NCBI GenBank assembly: GCA_024639125.1
Contig: JAHEJA010000015.1
Coordinates: 33,033-97,032, forward strand
Direction: 5' to 3'
Length of the DNA: 64,000 nt
From: Paracoccaceae bacterium
GTDB lineage: Bacteria > Pseudomonadota > Alphaproteobacteria > Rhodobacterales > Rhodobacteraceae
This document shows positions 49,589 to 59,471 of this stretch, piece after piece (within the stretch, counting starts at the first letter, position 1; each line of letters opens with the position of its first letter). The notes beneath the pieces were generated by a model. It saw nothing but the letters and a program-made list of their open reading frames with translations. It was not told where the DNA came from and searched no databases. A program made the position numbers and the translations under genes.

Positions 49589-50485
49589 CTAATGTGCGCC
49601 ATTCTCGCATGTTGACCACCAATCCTTTATTTCTTCTGTCGTAATGTTTCCATGAACACCTATGGCAACAACAGTCGTTTTTTCGCGAGCAGTTGTTGGT
49701 GTGATCTCAACTTGATTACCCACCACTTGAACAATCCAGGCTGTTTCATCTGGTCCCTGAACGATACCTTTAAAGCGAAACATGGTCGTTGGACGGCATG
49801 CCAACAGGTGATCCAATTGCCTACGCGACAGAACAACATTTCCTTGAAAGCTCCAAGACACATAATCTGGATGGCCGCTGGCATGGGGCGGGAATGGATT
49901 GGCAAAATGTGATCCCAACACAAGTGGAGCAAGGCTATCTGTTGCATTTGCCACGACAAGTTCGACACCTGACAGCGCACGAATACACTGACTCATTTTC
50001 TGGGATAAAACTGTGGTTTTGCTGGCCACGATCAAATCAGCTGCGGAAATTTGTCCGTTAATCTGAGCCCCGATCATAACATCGGTCGATAGGGTTTCAA
50101 TGGTTTGTGCATCAACAACGGTGATGATCCCCCCATAGGACAAATCCGGCTCGGCCTTGGCAGCATTCGCGATTTTCACAGGATCAGCAATTCCACTTGC
50201 TTCGATAATCAGATGATCTGGTCGTGGTGTGCGATCCAACACTTTGCCAATCGCAATATAAAGATCAGCCCCCATTGTGCAGCACACGCATCCATTTGTT
50301 AGCGTCAAAGTATCATCCTCGGTGGACGCAAGCAGCTTTTCATCGATATTGATAGATCCAAAATCATTGACCATGACCAATAGCTTTTGACCATGGTCTT
50401 CGCTTAAGAGACGGTTAATCAAAGTGGTTTTTCCTGCTCCCAAATAGCCGGAAATCACCGTCATTGGTAAAGGTGCTATTTTCAT
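49589..50485 (-). CDS. CobW/COG0523 G3E-family GTPase (metallochaperone)
   Basis: Walker A GYLGAGKTT, a CxCC motif (GCVCC) and a C-terminal CobW_C domain. Confidence 0.85.
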   Translation of the reverse strand: MKIAPLPMTVISGYLGAGKTTLINRLLSEDHGQKLLVMVNDFGSINIDEKLLASTEDDTLTLTNGCVCCTMGADLYIAIGKVLDRTPRPDHLIIEASGIADPVKIANAAKAEPDLSYGGIITVVDAQTIETLSTDVMIGAQINGQISAADLIVASKTTVLSQKMSQCIRALSGVELVVANATDSLAPLVLGSHFANPFPPHASGHPDYVSWSFQGNVVLSRRQLDHLLACRPTTMFRFKGIVQGPDETAWIVQVVGNQVEITPTTAREKTTVVAIGVHGNITTEEIKDWWSTCENGAH

Positions 50486-52110
50486 ACCAAATTCAAAGTG
50501 CCCCCCAACACCGTTCCCAAAACCTTGATGTCCCCAAGCGTCAGAGGGTCCACATCAAAAGGGTTGGCATCCAAAACCGCAAAATCTGCACGCTTGCCCG
50601 TCTCGATTGACCCGATTTCATCATCCATTTTTAACGTCTGTGCGGCGCCCAAAGTGATGGCTTTGATCGCGTCTTGAACTGATATTTTTTGCGCCTCACC
50701 AAGTGTGCGACCGGACATTGTAATGCGATTGACGGCACACCATGCTGTGAACAATGGGCCCATTGGGGTCACTGGCGCATCTGAATGGATCGCCAAGGTC
50801 ACACCAGCATCCAATGCACTTTGACATGCATCCATGCGGCGCGCGCGATCCTCGCCTATGGTCAAAGCCGCGTGTTGATCGCCAAAGTACCAAATGTGAT
50901 TAACAAAGAGATTTACGCATAGCCCCAATTCGGCACACCGTCGGAATTGATCGACCCCCATCATTTGCCCGTGTTGCAGCACATGCCGATGCGTAGGCCA
51001 TGCATGTTCACGCATGGCTTCAGCGAGCGCATCAATAACAACTTCTGAGGCTTCGTCACCGTTCACATGGATATGCATCTGCACCCCAGATTTATGCATT
51101 TCTCGGCAAAGCGCTTTGATTTGGTCAGGCGCAATATTCCAAAGACCATTTGGCTGCCCCCCCACATATCCCGGCCATTTCACACGTGCGGTCCAGCCTT
51201 GGATTGATCCATCCGTCATTATTTTCACAGCCCCAAGCCGCAATTTATCAGTGGACTTGGCTTTGTAGGCCAATGCCTGTTTTGCGACATCTGTCGGCGT
51301 TCCACCAATGGCTGTCATTGCAGGCACGAGCCGCACGGGATAGCGATCATCGCCAGTTGTGCGCAGTAATGTTTCCAGCGCTTCATCTGTCAATTCTGAA
51401 AATAGATCCGTGACGGTTGTAACACCGCATTGCTTTGCGACTTTGGCATAGTGCTGAATGGCATCTGGACGCAAACTTAGGTTACTGAAATCAATTCCTA
51501 ACCGCCGAATAAGAGGAAACATTGCCGCCATTTCCTGAAGTTCACCATTGGGCCTATCATCGGGTCCTTTGATCACACCTTCGACATTTGTGCCTTGATC
51601 GTATCCAGCCAATTCTAACGCTTTAGAATTCACGCACATGAGGTGAAAATTCGAAAATAGAATTGCAACGGGTCTGTCTGTGCTAATTTGATCCAGATGG
51701 GATTTGTTCATCCGCTCATCCGGCAAAAAGATTGGATCAAACCCCCAAGCCACTAATGGCTGGTCCTTTGGTAATCCCTTGGCGTAATCAGACAACCCTT
51801 GGATAACTGCGTTTAGATCGGTAAAGCCTTGGGCTAAATTGCCATCCGGATCAACGCGATCATGAAAACCCGCATAAGCATATTGCCAGATAGCCCCCGC
51901 CATCATATGTGCATGGCCTTCGACAAAACCGGGTAACAACACTGTGTCCGCTAAGCTGTCATCATGGGTGACGTCCCCCCATTGATCGCCACAATCGGCC
52001 CCGCCCACCGACAAGATGTGGCCGTTTTGCACGGCTACATGTGTTGCTTCGGGGCAGTTTGGATCCATGGTGACAATCTTGCGCGCGCGAAAGACAGTGA
52101 TATCTGACAT
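50482..52110 (-). CDS. Metal-dependent amidohydrolase (Amidohydro_3 / YtcJ-like)
   Basis: 542 aa with the HxH metal site (EGHAHMM) and a C-terminal HSDAP motif. ATGA overlap with the CobW gene. Confidence 0.85.
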   Translation of the reverse strand: MSDITVFRARKIVTMDPNCPEATHVAVQNGHILSVGGADCGDQWGDVTHDDSLADTVLLPGFVEGHAHMMAGAIWQYAYAGFHDRVDPDGNLAQGFTDLNAVIQGLSDYAKGLPKDQPLVAWGFDPIFLPDERMNKSHLDQISTDRPVAILFSNFHLMCVNSKALELAGYDQGTNVEGVIKGPDDRPNGELQEMAAMFPLIRRLGIDFSNLSLRPDAIQHYAKVAKQCGVTTVTDLFSELTDEALETLLRTTGDDRYPVRLVPAMTAIGGTPTDVAKQALAYKAKSTDKLRLGAVKIMTDGSIQGWTARVKWPGYVGGQPNGLWNIAPDQIKALCREMHKSGVQMHIHVNGDEASEVVIDALAEAMREHAWPTHRHVLQHGQMMGVDQFRRCAELGLCVNLFVNHIWYFGDQHAALTIGEDRARRMDACQSALDAGVTLAIHSDAPVTPMGPLFTAWCAVNRITMSGRTLGEAQKISVQDAIKAITLGAAQTLKMDDEIGSIETGKRADFAVLDANPFDVDPLTLGDIKVLGTVLGGTLNLV

Positions 52111-52165
52111 GGGTGGTCCCTTTTCTATTTAGTCATTAAGCGCCGTTTGCAGCAGCTTTCAAATC

Positions 52166-53065
52166 TTATTGTTCAATCTGCGTGACCCGCCGCCGGAGCG
52201 TTTCGATAAACCGTCGTTTGGTTTTATCGATGTTTTCAGACTTCCAAACCGCAACGGTTTGAATAGGGTCAATCGCGTCTTCTATAGGAATCATAGTGAC
52301 CCCGATTGGAAGCGAATTTCCAATACTTTCTGTAAGCACAGTGATACCCACACCGGCCGCAACCAACCCCATAATACCAAGACTTGTTATTCCTTCTTGG
52401 ACAATGCGGGGCTTGAACCCATTACGATGACAAAGAGGCAGCAAATGCGACAGGAATACTTCCCATTCCTTGAACGCCCCATGCACAAAATTTTCTTCTG
52501 CCAAGTCTGCAATCCGAACCGAAGTGCGCGACGCCAAAGGGTGGCTATCATACACAACACAAGTCAGCCTTTCGTGCGAAATCGGCAATTGCTCAAACCA
52601 AGTCCCACTGATTGGGCCGGTAACAAAGCCGATGTCCAACAGATCATCTTCTAGATCGCGCAACTGGTTGATCGAGACATCATTTTTGAACTGCAATGCA
52701 ACATCAGGTAAGTCGCTGCGCACATCTTTTAGAATTTTTGGCAGCACCCCAATGATTGCAAGGTCCGTATAGGCAATGCGCATGGACCCCATTTTGCCAT
52801 CCGACACATTACGCGTATTTTCAACAGCATACTCGATCGCAATTAAAATAGCGCGGCTACTCTCTAGAAAGGCTTGCCCGGCTTTGGTGAGAGTCACGAA
52901 CTTTTTGGTGCGCTCTAACAAAATAACGCCCATATCGTTTTCTAAATCACGAATTGTCCTGCTCAAAGCAGGTTGTGCAATGCCAATCCGCTCTGCTGCG
53001 CGTCGAAAATGCAATTCTTCTGCGACAGCAACAAAACATCGAATATGTCTAAGGTCGAAACGCAT
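52166..53065 (-). CDS. LysR-family transcriptional regulator
   Basis: N-terminal HTH (LHFRRAAERIGIAQPALSRTIRDLE) plus a substrate-binding domain. Confidence 0.85.
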   Translation of the reverse strand: MRFDLRHIRCFVAVAEELHFRRAAERIGIAQPALSRTIRDLENDMGVILLERTKKFVTLTKAGQAFLESSRAILIAIEYAVENTRNVSDGKMGSMRIAYTDLAIIGVLPKILKDVRSDLPDVALQFKNDVSINQLRDLEDDLLDIGFVTGPISGTWFEQLPISHERLTCVVYDSHPLASRTSVRIADLAEENFVHGAFKEWEVFLSHLLPLCHRNGFKPRIVQEGITSLGIMGLVAAGVGITVLTESIGNSLPIGVTMIPIEDAIDPIQTVAVWKSENIDKTKRRFIETLRRRVTQIEQ

Positions 53066-53074
53066 GATACCTTT

Positions 53075-53087
53075 TTGTTATCAACAA
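53075..53087. promoter_or_regulatory. LysR-box-like inverted repeat TTGTT-N3-AACAA (T-N11-A) in the divergent promoter region
   Basis: TTGTTATCAACAA lies 10 bp upstream of the LysR start codon on the opposite strand and ~70 bp upstream of dctP. Confidence 0.35.
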
Positions 53088-53157
53088 AGAACGTTTTGAT
53101 ATTATACATGCAATACACCCTGTGCCAACGTAAAGAAATAAAAATACAACCAACAAG

Positions 53158-54165
53158 GTGAGAGATATGAAAACCAACACGTTAAAGGCGCTCGCTCTGT
53201 CATTTGCAGCGGCCACTATTTCAACCACATCTGCGATGGCTGCAGATATTACAATGAATGTCGGATTTGGTGCGCCAGAAGCGTCAATCTATGGTCGATT
53301 TGGCGCCCACTTTGAAAGACTTACCGAAGAAATGAGCGGGGGTGCGATAGATGTAAAGCTGCGCTGCTGTAATCAAATCGCTACCGAAGACGAAGCGTTC
53401 AAAGCCATGCAGCTTGGCACGGTTGATGGGTTCCTTATTACGGCAAACAATGTGTCTCCGCACTGGCCTTTGATGGACGTGACCGTTTTGCCGTATATCT
53501 TCCAAAATACTGATCACCTAAGTCGCGTGTTAAATGGCGACGTCGGTCAATTCATGAAGGACAAACTCCAACAGGACACAAGCGTGCATCTCTTGGCATT
53601 TGGCCCAGCGCTGTATCGCGATTTTTACAACTCTGTGCGCGCAGTCAATACAATGGCCGACATGGATGGTTTGAAAATTCGTGTTCCTAAGAACGAAGTG
53701 ATGATTGCCACATTCGAAGCCTTTGGTGCAAATCCAGTTCCGCTTGCTTGGTCAGAAACGCCAACAGCTCTTCAGACAGGGACGGTTGACGGTGGCGATA
53801 ACGGCACATCCTTTATTCGCGATATGAAATTCTATGAGTTTGAACCACATTTGGTTATTCTCGAACACTTTGTTGCTTTTGCGCCCTTGTTTGCGTCCGA
53901 CAACTTTATGAAGCGTTTAACAGACGAGCAGCGTGACATCATCCATCGCGCCGCAGAAGAGGCAGGCGCCCTTTTGTCAGAAGAGGTTGCGTCGGAAACG
54001 ACGGAAATCCGCAACTGGCTGGCAACAGAAGGTGGCATGGCAATGACCACACCTGACAAAACAGATTTCGTGGCTGCCGCCAAAGGCGTCCAAGACGACT
54101 TTGCGGCCAAGCGTGGTGACGAGTTTGTTGACTTGGTCAAAAGAATTCAAGCAGCCGCAGAATAA
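53158..54165 (+). CDS. TRAP transporter substrate-binding protein, DctP family
   Basis: Signal peptide and DctP-family fold. Confidence 0.85.
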   Translation: MRDMKTNTLKALALSFAAATISTTSAMAADITMNVGFGAPEASIYGRFGAHFERLTEEMSGGAIDVKLRCCNQIATEDEAFKAMQLGTVDGFLITANNVSPHWPLMDVTVLPYIFQNTDHLSRVLNGDVGQFMKDKLQQDTSVHLLAFGPALYRDFYNSVRAVNTMADMDGLKIRVPKNEVMIATFEAFGANPVPLAWSETPTALQTGTVDGGDNGTSFIRDMKFYEFEPHLVILEHFVAFAPLFASDNFMKRLTDEQRDIIHRAAEEAGALLSEEVASETTEIRNWLATEGGMAMTTPDKTDFVAAAKGVQDDFAAKRGDEFVDLVKRIQAAAE

Positions 54166-54180
54166 TTCTACGTATATCCA

Positions 54181-54216
54181 TTCAGAGGCGTTAGCGCCTC
54201 TGAACCTACTTTTTTG
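54181..54216 (+). terminator. Intercistronic hairpin plus T-run between dctP and dctQ (attenuating terminator)
   Basis: TTCAGAGGCGttaGCGCCTCTGAA has 10-bp perfect arms, followed by CCTACTTTTTTG. Confidence 0.55.
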
Positions 54217-54232
54217 ATATTGGAGACCGCCA

Positions 54233-54769
54233 ATGATCGGCGTCAGATGGCTTACCCGTCATTTTGAAGAACTCATTTGCTGCACAGCCTTGGCAATTAT
54301 CGCCATAAGCGTTTTTTCCCAGGTCGTCGCACGCTATATTTTTGAAATCGCCCTTCATTGGACAGAAGAAGTGGCCTCTGTTTGTATGGTTTGGGCTGTT
54401 TACACGGGGGCATCGCTCTGTGTTCGTGAACGGTTTCACATTCGAATTCTGGTCGCGGTTCAAGCATTGCCCCCTCGGTTAAGCCGATTTGTGATCTATA
54501 TCGCCGATTTTACTTGGGCCATTTTTTGTATTTTCATGCTTCGGGTCAGCTTGGATTACTTGGCTGTTATGTGGAAATTCCCGACCATCAGCCCGAGCCT
54601 TGGCATTAATCAATTTTATCCACAAACCATTCTCATCATTGGCTACGGTCTGATGCTGCTTCGTTTAATCGAAACCTACATAGAATGGATCAAAGCCGGG
54701 GCTGATGGGCTTCCTGGTATGTTGGAAGAAAACCTTGAAATCAACGAACCGCAGGAGCGCCCCCTATGA
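54233..54769 (+). CDS. TRAP transporter small permease, DctQ family
   Basis: 178 aa with 4 TMS. Confidence 0.8.
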   Translation: MIGVRWLTRHFEELICCTALAIIAISVFSQVVARYIFEIALHWTEEVASVCMVWAVYTGASLCVRERFHIRILVAVQALPPRLSRFVIYIADFTWAIFCIFMLRVSLDYLAVMWKFPTISPSLGINQFYPQTILIIGYGLMLLRLIETYIEWIKAGADGLPGMLEENLEINEPQERPL

Positions 54770-56055
54770 GCCCATTACTAATTATTGCGCTCGTTTTTAT
54801 TGTACTGACAATAATCGGCGTTCCGCTTTTTGTATCGGTTGGCATGACCACGCTTTTGGCTTTGTTTATGATCGATATTCCATATACCCTAATGGCGCAA
54901 ACTGGGTATTCTAGCCTAACGCCTTTCCCATTGCTGACGATACCACTGTTTGTTTTAGCCGGCCGACTGATGGAAGTCGGAGGCATGGCAACACGTATGA
55001 TATCCATCGCGACAAACTTGGTTGGTGCCTATCGCGGTTCCATGGGATTGGTGACGGTATTTGCCTGTATGCTATTTGCGGCTCTGTCCGGCTCTGGTCC
55101 AGCAACGACGGCTGCGATCGGCTCTGTGACGGTTCCAGCCATGAAACGCGACGGCTATGATGTGCCTTTTGCGGCATCAATCACCGCCAGCGCGGGTGCG
55201 TTGGGTAGCCTTATTCCACCCTCAAACCTAATGATTATTTACGGTCTGGTTTCGGAAACATCTATTCCACGGCTCTTTCTTGCTGGGCTCCTACCGGGCC
55301 TGATGATCACACTCTTTTTGATGATCACAACCTATATCATTGCGCGCCGCCGCAACTATGGCGGGGATGGCGCGCCATTTTCTTGGGGACCGTTTCTAAA
55401 GGCCCTTTGGGATGGAAAATGGTCGATTGGCGCACCTGTGCTTATTCTTGGTGGTATTTACGGCGGCAAGTTCACCCCGACCGAAGCCGCGGGCGTAGCT
55501 GTTTTCTATTCGTTATTTGTAGGGCTCTTTATCTATCGTGAACTTACCCTAAAGAAGCTGATAGATGCGCTGCGATTTACCGCTTTGTTAACGGGTATTT
55601 TGATCCTGATCACACCGACATTGGCCTTTGGTCAGCTTACCGCATTTTACGATATTCCAACCGCCGTCCAACAAAGCATCACGTCCCTCACAACCAACCC
55701 ATTTCTTGTGTTGTTACTGATTGGCGTTTTCTACATCTTTATTGGTACGTTCATGGAATCTTTGGCACAGATTGTCTTGTTCACGGCTGTGTTTTTACCC
55801 TTGGTCACGTCGTTGGGCGTTGATCCGGTGTTGTTCGGCGTCTTTACCGTTATCACCTGTGAGATTGGCTTTTTGACGCCACCTCTTGGTGCGAACCTGA
55901 CTGTGGCCGCACGCATATCGGGGATATCTATTGAACGCATATCCGTGGCGGTGTTGCCGTTTATCTTGGCCTATATCCTTGGGATGATTGTCTTGATCCT
56001 ATTCCCTGATCTGACGCTTTTCCTTCCCAATTGGGCCTATGGGATCGCGAAATAG
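54766..56055 (+). CDS. TRAP transporter large permease, DctM family
   Basis: 429 aa with ~12 TMS. ATGA overlap with dctQ. Confidence 0.85.
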   Translation: MSPLLIIALVFIVLTIIGVPLFVSVGMTTLLALFMIDIPYTLMAQTGYSSLTPFPLLTIPLFVLAGRLMEVGGMATRMISIATNLVGAYRGSMGLVTVFACMLFAALSGSGPATTAAIGSVTVPAMKRDGYDVPFAASITASAGALGSLIPPSNLMIIYGLVSETSIPRLFLAGLLPGLMITLFLMITTYIIARRRNYGGDGAPFSWGPFLKALWDGKWSIGAPVLILGGIYGGKFTPTEAAGVAVFYSLFVGLFIYRELTLKKLIDALRFTALLTGILILITPTLAFGQLTAFYDIPTAVQQSITSLTTNPFLVLLLIGVFYIFIGTFMESLAQIVLFTAVFLPLVTSLGVDPVLFGVFTVITCEIGFLTPPLGANLTVAARISGISIERISVAVLPFILAYILGMIVLILFPDLTLFLPNWAYGIAK

Positions 56056-56068
56056 CAAGGGGGCTCTT

Positions 56069-57673
56069 ATGTTTGATATCCTGTTAAAGGGTGGTGATGT
56101 CCATGATGGATCAGGCAAAGTCCACGCATGCTGTGATGTCGGAATAAAAGACGGCATGATTGCAGAAATTGCGCCGGACCTGTCCACCAAAGGAAGCGCG
56201 CAGATCATCGATGTGACCGGTTTGGTGGTTTCCCCCGGTTTTGTGGATATGCACACGCATTCCGACTTTACCCTTATCGCAGATGGTCGCGCAGAAAGCC
56301 AAGTGCACCAAGGCGTCACAACAGAAGTCATTGGTCAATGTGGCATTAGCTGTGCTCCTGTGCTGTCGCATGACAATATCCGCAAAGTCGCGCCTTGGTA
56401 TACGGCTGATGCCAAACACAAAGGCTGGCTTGGTTTTTCGGAATATCTGGACGCGCTTGACGACACATCTTTGGGTGTGAACGTCATGGCATTCGTTGGA
56501 CACGGCACTATTCACCGCGCCGTCATGGGGGATGAACTGCATGCTGGCGATGCCGATGACGTCAAGAAAATGGCCAAACTGGTTGAACAATGCATAGACG
56601 AAGGAGCCGGTGGTTTTTCGTCGGGGCTTGAATATTTTCCGGGCATTTTGGCTGCGCCTGAACATCTCGTACCTATGTGTGAAGTCGCAGGCAAGCACGG
56701 GCGCCTATATGCAACCCATGTCCGCAACCGTGATACGCACTATGACCTTGGGTTTGCCGAAGCCATAGCAACAGCGCGTCAATCCGGCGCCAAGCTGCAA
56801 ATTAGCCATATCCAACCCAAATATGGCGCCCCTGCCTATGCAATGAACCATACTTTGGAAATGATTGAATTGGCGCGGCGACATGATGTGGACATTGCCT
56901 TTGATGTTATTCCCCATGATTGGAATCACACACTTATGGCGGCAATTTTGCCAAAATGGGCCCAATCTGGCGGCATTGAGGATGTTATGAAACGGCTCGC
57001 AGATCCAGAAGCCCGCGCCAAGATCAAAGCCAATCCCCAACCCATGTGGCTGATCGTGAAGGCCGAAAAATGGCAAGATATTGTGTTGTTGAATGCCACG
57101 ATCAACAAAGACATTGTGGGGGCAGATTTTGCCGAAATTGGACGTATGCGGAATTGTCATCCCTATGACGCGGTTTTGGATATCCTATTAGAAGAAGGCG
57201 AAAATATGATGGCCTGTATGTGGTCATCGAAAAGCTTTCGCAACAGCGATGTGGAGCTTTGCCTTAACCAACCCGAATGCGCCGTGATTTCTGATACGGT
57301 TGCAATCGCAAATGACGGAGTTCTCAAAGATCATATTGGGTCGTTGTCTGGCTACGGATGGGCTGCGCGGTTTTTGCAATATTACGTGCGCGATCAACAA
57401 ATCCTGACATTAGCAGAAGGCCTTCGCAAGATCACCTCAATTCCCGCCGACCGACTCGGGTTGAAAAACAGAGGGCGTCTAAAGATAGGGTATCATGCGG
57501 ACATTTGTGTATTTGATCCCGCTCATATCGCCAGCAACGCCACAGCCAAAAACCCCCGACGCTATGCCAGCGGCATCGCGCATGTGATGGTCAATGGACA
57601 GCTTTCAATGCTAAACGGCCTACGCACAAAAACCAACGCGGGTCAGGTGCTTAGAGATTTCAAAGCGGCATAA
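56069..57673 (+). CDS. N-acyl-D-amino-acid deacylase (D-aminoacylase) family amidohydrolase
   Basis: GFVDMHTHSDF and a TIM-barrel metallo-hydrolase fold. The start at MFDILLKGGDVHDG is preceded by AAGGGGG. Confidence 0.85.
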   Translation: MFDILLKGGDVHDGSGKVHACCDVGIKDGMIAEIAPDLSTKGSAQIIDVTGLVVSPGFVDMHTHSDFTLIADGRAESQVHQGVTTEVIGQCGISCAPVLSHDNIRKVAPWYTADAKHKGWLGFSEYLDALDDTSLGVNVMAFVGHGTIHRAVMGDELHAGDADDVKKMAKLVEQCIDEGAGGFSSGLEYFPGILAAPEHLVPMCEVAGKHGRLYATHVRNRDTHYDLGFAEAIATARQSGAKLQISHIQPKYGAPAYAMNHTLEMIELARRHDVDIAFDVIPHDWNHTLMAAILPKWAQSGGIEDVMKRLADPEARAKIKANPQPMWLIVKAEKWQDIVLLNATINKDIVGADFAEIGRMRNCHPYDAVLDILLEEGENMMACMWSSKSFRNSDVELCLNQPECAVISDTVAIANDGVLKDHIGSLSGYGWAARFLQYYVRDQQILTLAEGLRKITSIPADRLGLKNRGRLKIGYHADICVFDPAHIASNATAKNPRRYASGIAHVMVNGQLSMLNGLRTKTNAGQVLRDFKAA

Positions 57674-57677
57674 TGTT

Positions 57678-58697
57678 TCAAAGATCATCCCCTGCCGTCA
57701 CACCACTGATTAATTGATAGGACAACAAGTCAGAAATTTGATGTGGATCACGGATCATCGCAGTTACCTGTTTGCGCAACGCAGAGATTTGAATGTGCTC
57801 AGACATCAACACGGCATCTGCCGATTTTAGGGTGATTGGTTCGAACCGGATTGTGCTGCCAGTCGGGGCTTGGGCACATTTAGCAAGATCACTTGGGATT
57901 ACAGTTCCAATTCTAGGATATCCGCCAATTGTTTGGCATTCTGCCAATAATACATAGGGTTGGCCGGCCCCTGTCATTTGAATATCCCCAGCAACGATGA
58001 AATCTGACGCAATACCATCACTTAAATCGCAGCCGAATGGTTCACCCAAAAAATCCAACTTAACGCCTTGGCGGTTGGCTGTACGGCTCACTGTAAAGTC
58101 TGTATTGTGAAACCGTTCCAACGTCTCTGCCCCAAATAGCGACGTTTGCGGTCCTGCTAAATATCGCAGCCGCCCCCCGGTATATCGATCAGGCGACACA
58201 GCAAGACGCATATTGCGCGCGTCATCGCACAGTGGCCCACCCAAGGAAAAACAATCCCCAACTTGCACCATGTTACCTATACCAGCCGTCAGATGAGCCG
58301 CTTGGCTATTATAAATCAATGGCGTTTGAATGGGGCACGATGGCGTGACATAGCCGTATCCCCCGCTTTGTCGTGGCGCAATCGTCAACACGTCACCTTT
58401 GGAGACCGGATGACACGCACCCCATGTCAGCGATCGTTCGCCCAATTTTGCGCGCATTTCTGTGCCCGTCAACGCAATGACCATAGGGCCTGTAAACCGG
58501 AAGGTTCCCCCAATGCCCATGCATTCAAAGGCGGGCAAGACCCTCGAAACGCCCAATAAAGCTGTGGCTTCGTAAAGCGCGATCCGATCAGCTGCGCCCC
58601 CATGTGATAGACCCAGACCCATGATATTTGGCCGCCCCAAATCTTGGACGGTGACACCGGGGGCAATACGGTCAATATGAATCAATGCACCTTGCAT
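57678..58697 (-). CDS. pxpC: 5-oxoprolinase subunit C / KipA-like biotin-dependent-carboxyltransferase-family protein
   Basis: 339 aa, allophanate hydrolase subunit 2 family. Confidence 0.8.
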   Translation of the reverse strand: MQGALIHIDRIAPGVTVQDLGRPNIMGLGLSHGGAADRIALYEATALLGVSRVLPAFECMGIGGTFRFTGPMVIALTGTEMRAKLGERSLTWGACHPVSKGDVLTIAPRQSGGYGYVTPSCPIQTPLIYNSQAAHLTAGIGNMVQVGDCFSLGGPLCDDARNMRLAVSPDRYTGGRLRYLAGPQTSLFGAETLERFHNTDFTVSRTANRQGVKLDFLGEPFGCDLSDGIASDFIVAGDIQMTGAGQPYVLLAECQTIGGYPRIGTVIPSDLAKCAQAPTGSTIRFEPITLKSADAVLMSEHIQISALRKQVTAMIRDPHQISDLLSYQLISGVTAGDDL

Positions 58698-59428
58698 GAT
58701 GCGCCCCCGAATGGGTTTTCACTGTCTCGTAAGGCGGAAATATCGCTCTGACTGGCCTGCACAAATGTCATCGCATCCCCTGCGCGCAGGGCAACGGGAT
58801 CTTGCGCGGACAAATCAAAGGGGCGAAACGCTGTCAGTCCCAGCTGTTGCCACCCAGTAGGAGACGGATTGGCAAAGAGCACCAATTGCCGAACGGCTGT
58901 AACCAAGGCTCCGGCTGGAACTTCGGCGGTGATTGCGGATTTACGCGGCATGTTCCAATGCTCTGGCAACATACCGATATAGGGTTGTCCCGGCGCGAAC
59001 CCAATGGCCAAAACACGCAGCTCTGCGCTTAGGATTTCGGCGATAATTTTACTTGGATCACACCCAATTACATCAGCCACTTCAGCAAGGTCCGGCGCGG
59101 CATCCCCATCAAAACAAACCGGAATTTCCCAAGTTCTCTTGGATTTTGGTAACGCCAGCTGGGACCAATCGTGATCAGCACACAGAGTGGTTAACCACGA
59201 ATTAAGTGTCTGACGAGAAACGCGATTTGGATCAAATCGGACCAGCAACGATGCCAAAGCAGGGGCAATTTCAACAATGCCTTCGTGTCTATTCCCCTGC
59301 AGCGTGGCAGTCATGAATTGAACCGCCGCCGACGCAGCATCGGACACCGTGCGGGCAAATTGAATAACCAAGGCATCCATCCCCAAGGGATAAATCTTGG
59401 GCGTAACTATTGGGTGGTCATCGGTCAA
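58682..59428 (-). CDS. pxpB: 5-oxoprolinase subunit B / KipI-like
   Basis: 248 aa, allophanate hydrolase subunit 1 family. Overlaps pxpC by 16 nt. Confidence 0.8.
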   Translation of the reverse strand: MTDDHPIVTPKIYPLGMDALVIQFARTVSDAASAAVQFMTATLQGNRHEGIVEIAPALASLLVRFDPNRVSRQTLNSWLTTLCADHDWSQLALPKSKRTWEIPVCFDGDAAPDLAEVADVIGCDPSKIIAEILSAELRVLAIGFAPGQPYIGMLPEHWNMPRKSAITAEVPAGALVTAVRQLVLFANPSPTGWQQLGLTAFRPFDLSAQDPVALRAGDAMTFVQASQSDISALRDSENPFGGASCKVH

Positions 59429-59471
59429 TCACTTGGCCTTTTCTATATTTCCAACGTTATTCTTTTAATTA

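Noticed and set aside
49560-49593. Inverted repeat ATTAGGCTC...GAGCCTAAT between convergent FAH and CobW genes, as a possible terminator.
   Set aside because: The inner stem is imperfect and no T- or A-run flanks it on either strand. It may still act as a weak bidirectional terminator, but support is insufficient to list it as a feature.
52169-52654. 161-aa plus-strand ORF.
   Set aside because: Antisense to the LysR-family gene. Spurious.
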